Assembly: GCF_004010195.1 (NCBI RefSeq)
Contig: NC_057752.1
Location: forward strand, 10,245,038 to 10,308,442
Direction of reading: 5' to 3'
Source of the DNA: Chiloscyllium plagiosum
Taxonomy: Eukaryota
Length of the DNA: 63,405 bases
The notes under the pieces were generated by a model, which saw nothing but the letters and a program-made list of their open reading frames with translations, had not been told where the DNA came from and searched no databases. Each line of letters starts with the position of its first letter. Positions within the stretch are counted from its first letter, which is position 1. Position numbers and translations under genes: made by a program. Below are positions 25,691-36,902 of the stretch, piece by piece.

Positions 25691-27188
25691 ATCTTCCATT
25701 TACTTTTTGTTATGAAGCAAAATCCTCCCATTGTGCAATTATGTTTCAGTGAGACACAACTTGGTCAAAACCAAAAATAACTGAAAGTATGATCTATCAA
25801 GCCAGATTCCTGTCAAGGACCTGACTTTTCCTGTAATAACATCAGCTTGCAGAATAACAAGTGAGAGCTCATTCAGGAACCTTGAATGCACTGGATTTAA
25901 GAGGGATCTGTGTCTCTTTTGTTGAAATATTGACTATGGAGTAGTTCTGGACATGAAGCACCTGTGTTGTGGTAAAGTTTACCACGTGGAATTTGAAGAA
26001 ACCTTTGGATGTGGCTAAGTGCTTTCAAGAAGTGGAAGAGAGAACAGTGAATTATTTAGAATCTTTAATGAACGATAAACTGAGGGATTTATTAAATACA
26101 TTGAATGTAGAAGTACAAGAAGGATTGTGTAAGGATATTTCAAGTGGTGATACCACATTTAGAATTTGTTGAATGGAAATCTGAAATTGGATGTCGCAGC
26201 TGGAATTAGCTAAGATACAGTTAGAATTTCTTCTAAAAACTGCACTTTGAAAGAGATAGCGAAATGAAAAACTTGGAATTGAGGGAAATGGAAATCAGAG
26301 GATAATGGATGGAGAGCAGAGATAAATGCAGAGAGAAAGTGAATGAAGAAAACTTGAATTCTAAAGAGGCATGGAACTTAGAGAACATGAGTTTGTAAAG
26401 ACAGAGCTTTAAATAAAGTTGGAAGAAATAAGTAGCAATGATTGTGATTCCAATCAGAAAACTAATTGACCCAAGCATATGTGCTTAGTGCCTAACTTTA
26501 CTGAGGATGGAGTTAAAAGGGACTCTCCCTCATTTGAGGTGATAGGTGGACAGATAAAGTGGCCAAAAGAGGTTTGAACCTTAATGTTACAAAGGGCTTT
26601 GATGGGTACGCCAGATTGTCAGAAAAACAATATGCAGAGTATGAAACTGTTAATGCTTATGACAAAGTCAAACGCTGATAAGCTTGTGTCTGAACATATC
26701 CATTGAATCTTCCAATGACAAAAAAACCTAATCAGACAATTGTGGAATTTGCAAGGGAGAACGAAATGCTGTGGGAACCATGGTCAAGGTCATTCAAGCT
26801 AGAGCAAGATTTTGAGAATGCAAGGAAAAGTACGATCGTGGAAAAATTCAGAAATAGATTTCCTGAAAATTGATACCTAATGCTCATCTGTAAAACACTC
26901 ATTTCGATGACAAATCAGCAATTCGGGCAAATGTGTATGATATTTCAGATAGATGATAACAGCTGGGAGATGGTCATGTGGTAATCATCAAGGAAATTGA
27001 AGGAATAGAAAATCTGCTGATTAAGAGACACTAATGTTTGAAAAGAAATGGAAGGCTATCAAAATAATATGGGAGAAAAGTTAAAACCAATAAGTGATGT
27101 GAAGGGATTAGCCTGCTTTCATAATAATAAGACCAGACACGCCAGAGCCAATTGCTGGAAATTAAATGGGAAATGAGATGCAGTAATA

Positions 27189-27503
27189 GGCGGCATGGTG
27201 GCACAGTGGTTAGCACTGCTGCCTCACGGTCCCAGATTTGATTCCAGCCTTGGGCGACTGTCTGTGTGGAGCTTGCACATTCTCCCCGTGTCTGCGTGGG
27301 TTTCCTCCGGGTGCTCCCGTTTCCTCCCACAGTCCAAAGATGTGCAGGCCAGGTGAATTGGCCATGGTAAATTTCCCATAGTGTTAGGTGCATTAGGCAG
27401 AGGGAAATGGGTCTGGGTGGGTTACTCTTCGGAGGGTTGGAGTGGATTAGTTGGGTGAAAGAGCCTGTTTCCACATTGTAAGGAATCTAATCTAATCTAA
27501 TCT
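27189..27503 (+). mobile_element. HE1-like SINE
   Basis: tRNA-like head, conserved body and (aatct)n tail. It is absent from the mirror arm. Confidence 0.9.
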
Positions 27504-27947
27504 CAAAAGTGAATGAGTCTTCAGATAAGAAGGCATCAGGACAGGAAGTAGGCTGGAAAACTGTCACAGGGGGACAAGGTTAACATGCTTCCTTGGAATG
27601 TACTAAGAAAGAAGTCATAGATCAGGACAGTCCTGAAAACTCTTTTTTGAAGATTAATGAGGACCACTGGAAATTCCGAGTAGTTGATCTCAAAAGGGGA
27701 CATACCTCCTTATGTTTTGAATCAAGGAAGTAAACCATTAAAGACATTGAGAGTCCCTGGAGCAAGTCAGTCACTGACAATGATACCATTTGTCTACCAG
27801 AGGGGTTGATGAAGGAGAAAATATAAATTGGAGATATTCTTGGAGGTTACAAACCAGGTCAAAGTTGGGTCAAAGAGTGACTTGGCAAATGGAGGAGTGG
27901 TAGTCGGAGTAGGGAAAACAAATTCCTACAGAGAAGGAATTACTTTT

Positions 27948-28263
27948 GGGTGGCACGGTGGCACAGTGGTTAGCACTGCTGCCTCACAGTGCCTGAGACC
28001 CGGGTTCAATTCCCGCCTCAGGCGACTGACTGTGTGGAGTTTGCACATTCTCCCCGTGTCTGCGTGGGTTTCCTCCGGGTGCTCCGGTTTCCCCCCACAA
28101 ATCCAAAGATGTGCAGGTCAGGTGAATTGGCCATGCTAAATTGCCCGTAGTGTTAGGTAATGGGTAAATATAGGGGTATGGGTGGGTTGCGCTTCGGCGG
28201 GTCGGTGTGGACTTGTTGGGCCAAAGGGCCTGTTTCCACACTGTAATGTAATCTAATCTAATC
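27948..28263 (+). mobile_element. HE1-like SINE, full length
   Basis: A box tggcacagtgg, B box gggttcaattccc and (aatct)n tail. TSD tactttt at 27941-27947 and 28264-28270. The empty site is in the mirror arm near 1070. Confidence 0.93.
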
Positions 28264-29774
28264 TACTTTTATTCAAGGAAATAATCCGGCAAGTTCAAAA
28301 ATATTAGCGTCACCAAAAGTGGGAGAAGTGGAAGTAAAAGAGGTGGGAATATTGCAAGCAAAACATCCTGGATTGTTCCCTGATGGTGTCATGACTACAT
28401 CTCAGCCCATTAAATTAGACTAGAAGGGAAAGAGTCCACAAAAAGGGAGGTGATTTGGAAATTGAATCACATTTTCAAAAATTGCCTTCATCCTATTCAG
28501 TTATGAGAAAGAGAAAGAAAAAGAGGTTGGGATTTGTAGCCCATCTTCTTCATTAGAAATGCAAGAAGCAGATTTGGAATTGCAAGAGTTGTATCAAACT
28601 ACTACTCAGAAATTGATATGAAGACAATACCTGTGTGTTATTATTTGAAAAATAAAGCCTTAATGAGGGAATGGAGACCACCTCAAACACTAGCTGATGA
28701 GGAATGGACAGTGATCCATCAGGTGATGGATTCATTAGGTGGTAGACATCCATCTCTACATCTTAATGAAATCTTACAAGTGATTCACAAAATTCCAAAG
28801 GCAGATTGCTCAGGAATTAAGCCAACACAGGCTAAAATACAAAGGCATTTTTTTATTGGATTACATAAAGTTATGGTCAAATGTTGCCAGACATGAAGTA
28901 CTTGTCAGATAATGGAGGAACCTCAACCCTCAAATCAAATTGCACTTTTAATTTGGATACCAGCTATTGACGTTCTGTTCAACAGGGTCTTAACCATTTG
29001 TGTTAGGACCCCGACCACAAACCAGGAATGGGAATCAATCTTTCTTAATAATTTGGGAATTTCCACAGGATTTCCTGAAACAGTGCCCTCAGGAAAAAAA
29101 TACTGAGAGAATGGCAGGGGCAAAGTTAGTTCAATTTTTTTAAACTATCTCTGGATTACCCAAAGAAATGCAATCAGATCAGAGCCCAAATTCTGTGTTA
29201 CAGATATTTGAACAAATGATCACTGGTTTGAGAATTAAGCAATTCTCATCTTCTGTGTATTACCCATAATCTCAAGGGACAACAGAAAGACAGTATCAAA
29301 GTTTGAAGATTATGATTAGAACTTATGGCCAACATTGTCCTAATGATTGGGATATCACGGGGTGCCACAGGGTGGTTGGAGAATGGTGGTGGGAGAGGCA
29401 AGCGGTGAGCCATGTTAACAGGGGAGGAAACTGTCACCAGAAAGGTTCTTCTTAAATCTCTTCCCGTTACTTCCATGTTGTGGTCCCCTCATCCAAGACT
29501 TCCCGTTTGTCTTCTATATAGACTGCTCCTTCCTCAGGCCCATCAAATTAGACGGGAAGCTCTCCACTGATTCCCAACAACTAATCGGTCAACCAGGATC
29601 CAGCATGTGCTCTGTAGGAGAAGCATCAGCTCCCATTCCTGATCCAAGCAATTTATTCTCACTCCTTGCTGCAAGATTCAGCCCATTGACTTGTTGAAAT
29701 TACAGCTTTTGAAGATCAACAAAGTGCAGGATTGAAGGTGCTTCTGTTATTGGATGAAACAATACTGTGGGAAT

Positions 29775-30098
29775 ATCATAGAATCCCCACAGTGCAGGAA
29801 GAAGCCATTCGCCAGATCGAGTCTGAACCGACCCGCTGAAGAGCATCACACACAGACCCAGCCCATCCTTGTGACCCTGCATTTCCATCCACATTACCTG
29901 TACGTCCCTGGACACTCTGGTACAATCTAACATGGCCAATGCACCTAACCTAAACACCATTGGACTGCAGGAGGAAACCCACACATACATGGGGAAAACA
30001 TCCAACCTCCACACAGACAGTCACCTCCAGCTGGAATCCAACCCAGGTCCCTGGCACTATGAGGTAGTATTGCTAACCAATGAGCCATCATGCAGTCC
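29775..30098 (-). mobile_element. HE1-like SINE (older copy)
   Basis: Reverse-complement SINE body. Its 5' half is duplicated at 31326-31485. Confidence 0.8.
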
Positions 30099-30437
30099 TC
30101 CATTATGAACTCCATATTGTACAGACCATAAATCAACACCATGGGAATGGCTTCAAAGTGTGTGATCACACACAGTAATACAGAATTGTGCTCTCCATGT
30201 ATACAAAGTATGTGCTTTTCTTGGTTTTTTTATTTTCTCACGTCCTCACTCTCCTTTACAATGCTTACCGCAAATATCACCGTTCATTTATAAAAGATTC
30301 ATTAAATTCAAACTGAGATATAACTTGAAAATACGAAATGGCTACTTTAAAATCTTCTTAATCAACCCATTTTCTCCTTGAAATGTGTACTTTGGAAATG
30401 ATGTTGATTGAAATTTTAATTTTTGTGCTTTTCACAG

Positions 30438-31345
30438 TTAACTTGGTAGCAATCGTGATCCTCTCTCAAGGAAGGTGTGGTCTCTCCAAATGTTGCACAT
30501 GCTACCTGGTGAGCATGGCTACAGCAGATCTACTGGTGGTTATCATCAATGTGATCTTACTTAAGATTAATAGCTTGTATTTTCCAATTACCTTCCTGCA
30601 TCTGACTCCAGTGTGCACTGTAAACTTTGTGGCATATATTGTCGTTGTAGACTGTTCTGTCTGGTTTACTGTAACCTTCACATTTGATCGCTTTATCGCA
30701 ATTTGCTGTCAGAAGCTGCAAACGAAATATTGCACTGAGAAAACCGCGAGCATCGTTATTGCGACTGTGTGCATGGTTAGCTGTGTGAGAAGCATTCCCT
30801 TTTACTATTGCATGGAACCTGCCATTCGAATTGACAACATACTATGGCATTGTGTTCCAACTGCTGATTATTACACGTCCCCCTTGTGGAAAGCATATGA
30901 ATGGATCGACACCATTATCACCCCTTTATTACCAATGTTTTTAATTCTCTTGTTCAATGCTCTGAGCATCCGACACATTATAGCAGCAAATAGAGTGCGC
31001 AGGGCACTCCGGTCTAATGTAGAGAACAAATGTGACCCAGAGGTGAAACATCGGAGAAAATCAATGGCTTTGCTTTTCGCTATTTCTGCCAATTTCATTC
31101 TTTTATGGATGACGTACACGGTGCATTCGGTAAACTGGCCAGTAACAAACCTTAACTATGCGGACAAATATTACAGTCACCCGATATACATCACCCAACA
31201 AGTTGGGTTTATGCTGCAGCTTCTCAGTTCATGTACAAACACGTGTATCTATGGGCTGACACAGAGAAAATTCAGACAGGAGCTGGTGAGAGGGGTAATG
31301 TATTTGGTAACCCTGAATGGGAGATTGCCAATGCACCTAACCTAA
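30438..31345 (+). CDS. GPR139-like class A GPCR, exon 2 copy A (325 aa when joined to 23651-23720)
   Basis: Polypyrimidine tract and cag acceptor at 30437. Seven hydrophobic segments, a TFDRFIAICC (DRY-type) motif, TM6 FILLW and TM7 SSCTNTCIY. The last five codons come from SINE sequence at a duplication junction. Confidence 0.9.
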
Positions 31346-31495
31346 ACACCATTGGACTGCAGGAGGAAACCCACACATATATGGGGAAATCATCCAACCT
31401 CCACACAGACCTCCAGCTGGAATCCAACCCAGGTCCCTGACACTGTGAAGCAATGGTGCTAACCACGGAGCCATCATGCAGCCCTCCATTATGAA

Positions 31496-31659
31496 ATTGA
31501 CGTTTCGGACAAAAGCTCTTCATCAGGATTAATTCCTGATGAAGGGCTGTTGCCCGAAACGTCGATTTCGAAGCTCCTTGGATGCTGCCTGAACTGCTCT
31601 GCTCTTCCAGCACCACTAATCCAGAATCTGGTTTCCAGCATCTGCAGTCATTGTTTTTA
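31496..31659. mobile_element. Short Penelope-derived fold-back element with two back-to-back hammerhead-like motifs
   Basis: ctgatga-a-gggc-tgtt-gccc-gaaa-cgtc at 31536-31563 and an inverted copy at about 31498-31526. TSD cctcca(t/c)tatgaa at 31483-31495 and 31660-31672. The empty site is at about 30097-30109. Confidence 0.8.
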
Positions 31660-31816
31660 CCTCCACTATGAATGCCACATTGTACAGTTCATAATTCAAT
31701 GGTATAGGAATGGCTTCAATGTGTGAGATCACACAAAGTAATGCAGAATTTGCTCCTTACAATATGTACAATGGAAGCGATTTTGATTGAAATTTTAATC
31801 TTTGTGCTTCTCACAG

Positions 31817-32718
31817 TTAACTTGGTGGCAATCGTGATCCTCTCTCAAGGAAGGTGTGGTCTCTCCAAATCTATCACACACTACCTGGTGAGCATGGCTA
31901 CCGCAGATATATTGGTGGTTATCATCAATGTGATCTTACGTAAGATTAATAGCTTGTATTTTCCAATTACTTTCCTGCATCTTACTCCAGTGTGCACTGT
32001 AAACTTTGTGGCGTATATTGTCATTGTAGACTGTTCTATCTGGTTTACTGTCACCTTCACGTTTGATCGCTTTATCGCAATTTGCTGTCAGAAGCTGCAA
32101 ACGAAATATTGCACTGAGAAAACCGCGAGCATCGTTATTGCGACTGTATGCATGGTTAGCTGTGTGAGAAGCATTCCCTTTTACTATTGCATGGAACCTG
32201 CCATTCGAATTGACAACATACTATGGCATTGTGTTCCAACTGCTGATTATTACATGTCCCCCTTGTGGAAAGCATATGAATGGATCGACACCGTTATCAC
32301 CCCTTTATTACCAATGTTTTTAATTCTCTTGTTCAATGCTCTGAGTATCCGACACATTATAGCAGCAAATAGAGTGCGCAGGGCACTCCGGAGTAATGTA
32401 GAGAACAAATGTGACCCAGAGGTGAAACATCGGAGAAAATCAATGGCTTTGCTTTTCGCTATTTCTGCCAATTTCATTCTTTTATGCATGACGTACACGG
32501 TGCATTCGGTAAACTGGCCAGTAACAAACTTTAACTATGCGGACAGATATTACAGTCACCCGATATACATCACCCAACAAGTTGGGTTTATGCTGCAGCT
32601 TCTCAGTTCATGTACAAACACGTGTATCTATGGGCTGACACAGAGAAAATTCAGACAGGAGCTGGTGAGAGGGGTAATGTATTTGGTAACCCTGAATGGG
32701 AGATTATTCAACAGGTGA
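31817..32718 (+). CDS. GPR139-like class A GPCR, exon 2 copy B (323 aa when joined to 23651-23720)
   Basis: Acceptor ctcacag|TTAAC, an intact 7TM ORF, and the native end RLFNR-stop with 3'UTR. About 12 amino-acid differences from copy A. Confidence 0.9.
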
Positions 32719-32929
32719 CTAGCTCTGACAGTGAGGCAGACTGATGTATTTATAACTCACTGTTTTATACAGCCCTCCGGGAAAATATCAGAGCATTGAA
32801 TGACAAATATAAGATTGGTTATCTGTGACAAAAACTTGATCAATTATGTGTAAAGCCTAAAATTGATAATTTTTATTAAAATTGCAATAAAAAATATATT
32901 TTGTGTGTCAGTGCTTGTGTAAATGAAGT

Positions 32930-35640
32930 GTTTGAATTGCTGCAGGTCATGCTGGGAGACTGTAGCGAGCTGCTGTGTAAAACAATCCTCCAAGCTCCTT
33001 TTGAACTCCTCAAAGCAGCATCGCCATTCTGTTAGCAGCAGATCTTGTCTACTCAAGTGCACACAAAATCACCACGTTCCTCTGCAGAAGTGTTTGGGGC
33101 CTTGGATGGTTGAGAGAACGAAGGTATAAAAGGCAAGATTTACATCTCCGGCACTTTCATCGAAAGGTGCAGCAGAGAAGGGAGGGACAGTTGGACCAGT
33201 TTGAGGAATAGGGAACAGCGTCACAGAAGGAATCGACACTTTGGAATGCAGCAAAGGTCGGGCAAGGGCAAGTCATCGTTGGTGGTGGACATGAAAGAGG
33301 AAGGCTGACTGAAAATGGAAACGGGTGGGTGGAAGATGAGGGGAATCCTATCATGGTTCTGAGAGAGGGAGAGGGAGGGAGTGGGTAAGGGATGGGAGCT
33401 GAAGAATGGGGAATGCGAGGGATGTGGTGCAGGGCCTGGTAACCATGCCTGGGGGATGGGGGTGAGGTGCTGCAAAACACAGTGACGAAAGAGAGGAAGA
33501 CCTATCAGGATCACTAACAATGAATCTTGTGGAAACCGAGCAGATGCTACAGAAGGAGAGAAACTGAAGGATCGAACTGCGTTCTTCCAGGTCAACGTGA
33601 GATTGTGTCAACATGACCCCCACACATTGATAAATGTAAACTGGGATGGAAGGGGTTCTCAATGGGACTGTAACAAGGGATACTTCAGCCTGATGATGTA
33701 AAGGGGGGGTATCATCAACACTGTGCAGATGTCCGTAGTGACAGCTTTCATTTGAACCTGGAGTTGAAGGCGACTTGAACATGCGCAACATTCCTTCAAC
33801 AGCTCTCAGTTTCTGGGGATGGCTTTGAAGAGATATCCTCAGCAGGCCCTTTCTGCTGTGCCATCCCTTCATTTGGGTGGTCTCCATCTGCCATCAGAGA
33901 CAAAAAAACCTGCAGATGCTGGAATCCTAATTGGACAGGCAGGAGGCTGGAAGGGCACAGCAAGCCACCCTTCTTCAGCACTGGAGGTGGGAGGAGGGGG
34001 AGTTGCAGATAAAGACAGTGGAGGGAGAGGGTTATGGGTGGGGAGACGGGCAGAGTGGTGACATGGTGATAGGTGAATGCAGGTGGTAGGTACGACCTGG
34101 TAGATCGATGGGAGGCATGAATCTGGTTGGTAGCTGGCAGGAGGGGTCAGTCGGAGGGATGGAAGGAAGGAGGTGGGGATGTAAAGGTAGTCGGGGGATG
34201 GGTGGAAAGGTTATTTGAAATTAGAGACCTCAATGTTGGGTCCTCCAGGCTGTAGACTGCCCAGGCAGATGATGGTGAGATGTTGTTCCTCCAACTTTCG
34301 GTCCGAGTCAGTGTGACAATGGAGGAGGCTGAGGATGGACATGTTGGAGAGATAGTGGGAAGGGGAATTGAAACGGGCTGTGACTGGGAGGTCGGACTTG
34401 CCCTTACGGTCCCAGCTGAGATGCTTGGCAAAACGTGCCCACCTGCAGCCAGGCAGTACATCAGCTCTCCCTCCTCAGCTGCCTACCTCCACAATACACC
34501 CTACCTCTCCACCTCTCCTCCCTTCACTCTACTTCATCCCACTTTCCACCCCCTCCCCATAGCCAATCCCCCATCCCACTCCCTAGTTCACCCCTCTCAT
34601 ACTCTGCTTTCCCTCCCACACCTACTCCCCACCCACCACACCACTTCCAACCTCCACCACATTGCCCTTGCCCCTACCCCATATAGCCTCCTCGAGACCC
34701 CCACCCCGGAGATTTGCCACATAGTCACTGTCCCCCACCGACTCCCGACCTTGAGCTGTGAGGTGGAATGGTCTGTTCCTCAGTGAAGGGCTCATGTTCG
34801 TGCCCCTCCGTCCCCATCTCAATGAATTCCGTATCCGCTATGACAATGGAGCTCTTCTTCTGCTGCCTCTGCCTCCATGTTTCCTTCTTTGACAAAGACT
34901 CCCAACCACCCTTCGACGATCCTTTCTCCCACCTCCAACCATCCTCTTCCACTTGGATACTCCCTCCCAGCCTTGTACCCATCCTAGACCTCTTTATTAC
35001 TGACTGCCAACACAACATCAACCACCTTGATTTCTCCACCCCCTCACTCACTCCAGCCTCACACCTTCTGAACATGCAGTACTCCACTCTCTCCACACCA
35101 GTCCCCAGTTCACCATCAAACCAGCTCTATGACACCACATCCCCTTTGACCATGACCCCACCGTGGCCCATCTAGGCACTATCACCCACATTGTCCGTGA
35201 CCTCATCATCTCCAATGATCTCCCCACCACACCTCCAATCACTCTGATCGGCCCCAGCTATGCTTGCCTCTTTGTCAGCTACGTCAAACAATCCCTCTTC
35301 AGGCACTGTGCACCAAATCTTCCGCCATTACATCGATGACTGCATCAGTGCTGCATCCTGCAAACAGGCTGAACTCGAGCAGTTCATCGACTTTGCCAAT
35401 AATTTCCACCCTGCCTTTAAATTCACTTGTCCACCTCAGACACCCCCCTCCCCTTCCCCTTCCTTGACCTCTGTGTTCTATCTCTGGTGACAGTTTATGG
35501 ATTGACATTTACTACAAACCCACAGACTCCCATAACTACCTGGACTACATCCCCTCCCACCCTGTATCCTGCAAAACTTCTCTTCCATTTTCCCAATTTC
35601 TCCGTCTCCATTGCATCTGCTCTGGTGAGGAGACATTTGT
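32930..35640. mobile_element. Cluster of degraded Penelope-like fragments in both orientations
   Basis: RT motifs RHYIDDCISAASC and FANNFHPAFKFT (about 35320-35430), a tttactacaaacccacagactccc thumb region, and an inverted pLTR/GIY-YIG end at about 33900-34430. Confidence 0.75.
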
Positions 35641-36054
35641 GATGGGAATTGAACCCGGGTCTCAGGCGCTGTGAGGCAGCAGTGCTAACCACTGTGCCAC
35701 CGTGCCGCCCACAATTCTCTGGGAATCCAGAGAAGCTGCTGGACCCAAAGAAGCAGTTCCAAGCTAATCCTCTCTTTCTCTGACATCTCTCTTGTCAGAA
35801 CCTGTGTTTAATTCTACCTTTTTTTTGCCAAGGGGGTGTTTATGGGGATGTTGCAAGTATTCAGAACACCATCATTAAGTTGCGATTGTGTCTACGGTGT
35901 TTTCAGATACATTATGTTATTCTATATTTTGTTCTCCTTTGTTTGTGTGTAAATAAATTCTGTTTTGTTTAAAACGGTGTGGTTGGGCCAAATTCATCAC
36001 TCCTGGAATATCCACTGTACACCTGCTTAAAAGATCCAGAAAAGTTAGGGGCTG

Positions 36055-36860
36055 GGTTTGAAAGGGTTCACAAAAGATTTACAAGGATGTTGCCAGGGCT
36101 GGAGGATTTGAGCTATAGGGAGAAGTTGAATAGGCTGGTGCTGTTTTCCCTGGAATGTCGGAGGCTGAGGGGTAACCTTACAGAGGTTTATAAAATCATG
36201 AGGGGCATGGATAGGATAAAGAGACAAAGTCTCTTCCCTGGGGTGGGGGAGTCCTGAACTAGAGGGCATAGGTTTAGGGTGAGAGGGGAAAGATATAAAA
36301 GGGACGTAAGGGGGCAACTTTTTCACACAGAGTGTGGTACGTGTATGGAATGAGCTGCCAGAGGAAGTGGTAGAGGCTGGTACAATTGTTTAAAATTGTT
36401 AGTTTAAAAATAAGGGGTAGGCCATTCAGAACAGAGTTGAGGAGAAACGTCTTCACCCAGAGAGTGGTGGATATATGGAATGCTCTGCCCCAGAAGGCAG
36501 TGGAGGCCAAGTCTCTGGATACTTTCAAGAAAGAGATGGACAGAGATCTTAAAGATAGTGGAACCAAGGGGTATGGGGATAAGGCAGGAACAGGATACTG
36601 ATTGTGGATGATCAGCTATGATCATGATGAATGGTGGTGCAGGCTTGAAGGGCCGAACGGCCTACTCATGCACCTATTGTCGATTGTCTATTGATTGCAA
36701 CATTTAAAAGGCATCTGGGTGGGTATATGAATAGGAAGGGTTCAGAGGGATATGGGCCGGGTGCTGGCAGGTGGGAGTAGATCAGTCTGGTCAGCATGGA
36801 CAAGTTGGACCGAAGGGTCTGTTTCCATGCTGTTCATCTCTATGACTCTGTGACTCTATG
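36055..36860 (+). mobile_element. CR1 LINE 3' end with a nested second CR1-family 3' end (about 36390-36693)
   Basis: The host reads RFTRMLPGLEDLSYREKL and ends in (ctatgact)n. The insert reads RRNVFTQRVVDIWNALP and ends attgtcgattgtctattg. The host resumes at attgcaacatttaaaagg. Confidence 0.88.
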
Positions 36861-36902
36861 AACTTGCTGAAATGTTTTGAGGGGTCTGGCCTGGTCCATA
36901 AC

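Larger units (their letters stand above)
18340..29361. repeat. Right arm of the large inverted segmental duplication
   Basis: Reverse-complement collinearity with 1-15760. It probably continues rightward, with its partner lying left of the window. Confidence 0.92.
25862..29361 (+). mobile_element. Degenerate Gmr1-like Gypsy internal region (PBS, gag, zinc knuckle, protease, integrase), right-arm copy
   Basis: Degenerate PBS tgagagctcattcagga; gag at about 26490-26800; knuckle remnant CFHNNKTRHARANCWK (about 27115-27160); protease remnant LRVPGASQSL (about 27745-27775); integrase remnants GLPKEMQSDQ and SQGTTERQYQSLK (about 29150-29310). Confidence 0.82.

Noticed and set aside
27948..28020. 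tRNA gene
   Set aside because: The A/B boxes belong to a SINE head that continues into the SINE body, tail and TSD.
30383..30437. ORF-track N-terminal extensions of the GPCR exon-2 ORFs (also 31723-31816)
   Set aside because: These are read-through of the intronic polypyrimidine tract. The true N-terminus is supplied by the 70-nt exon 1, as the paralogue at 54-55.7 kb shows.
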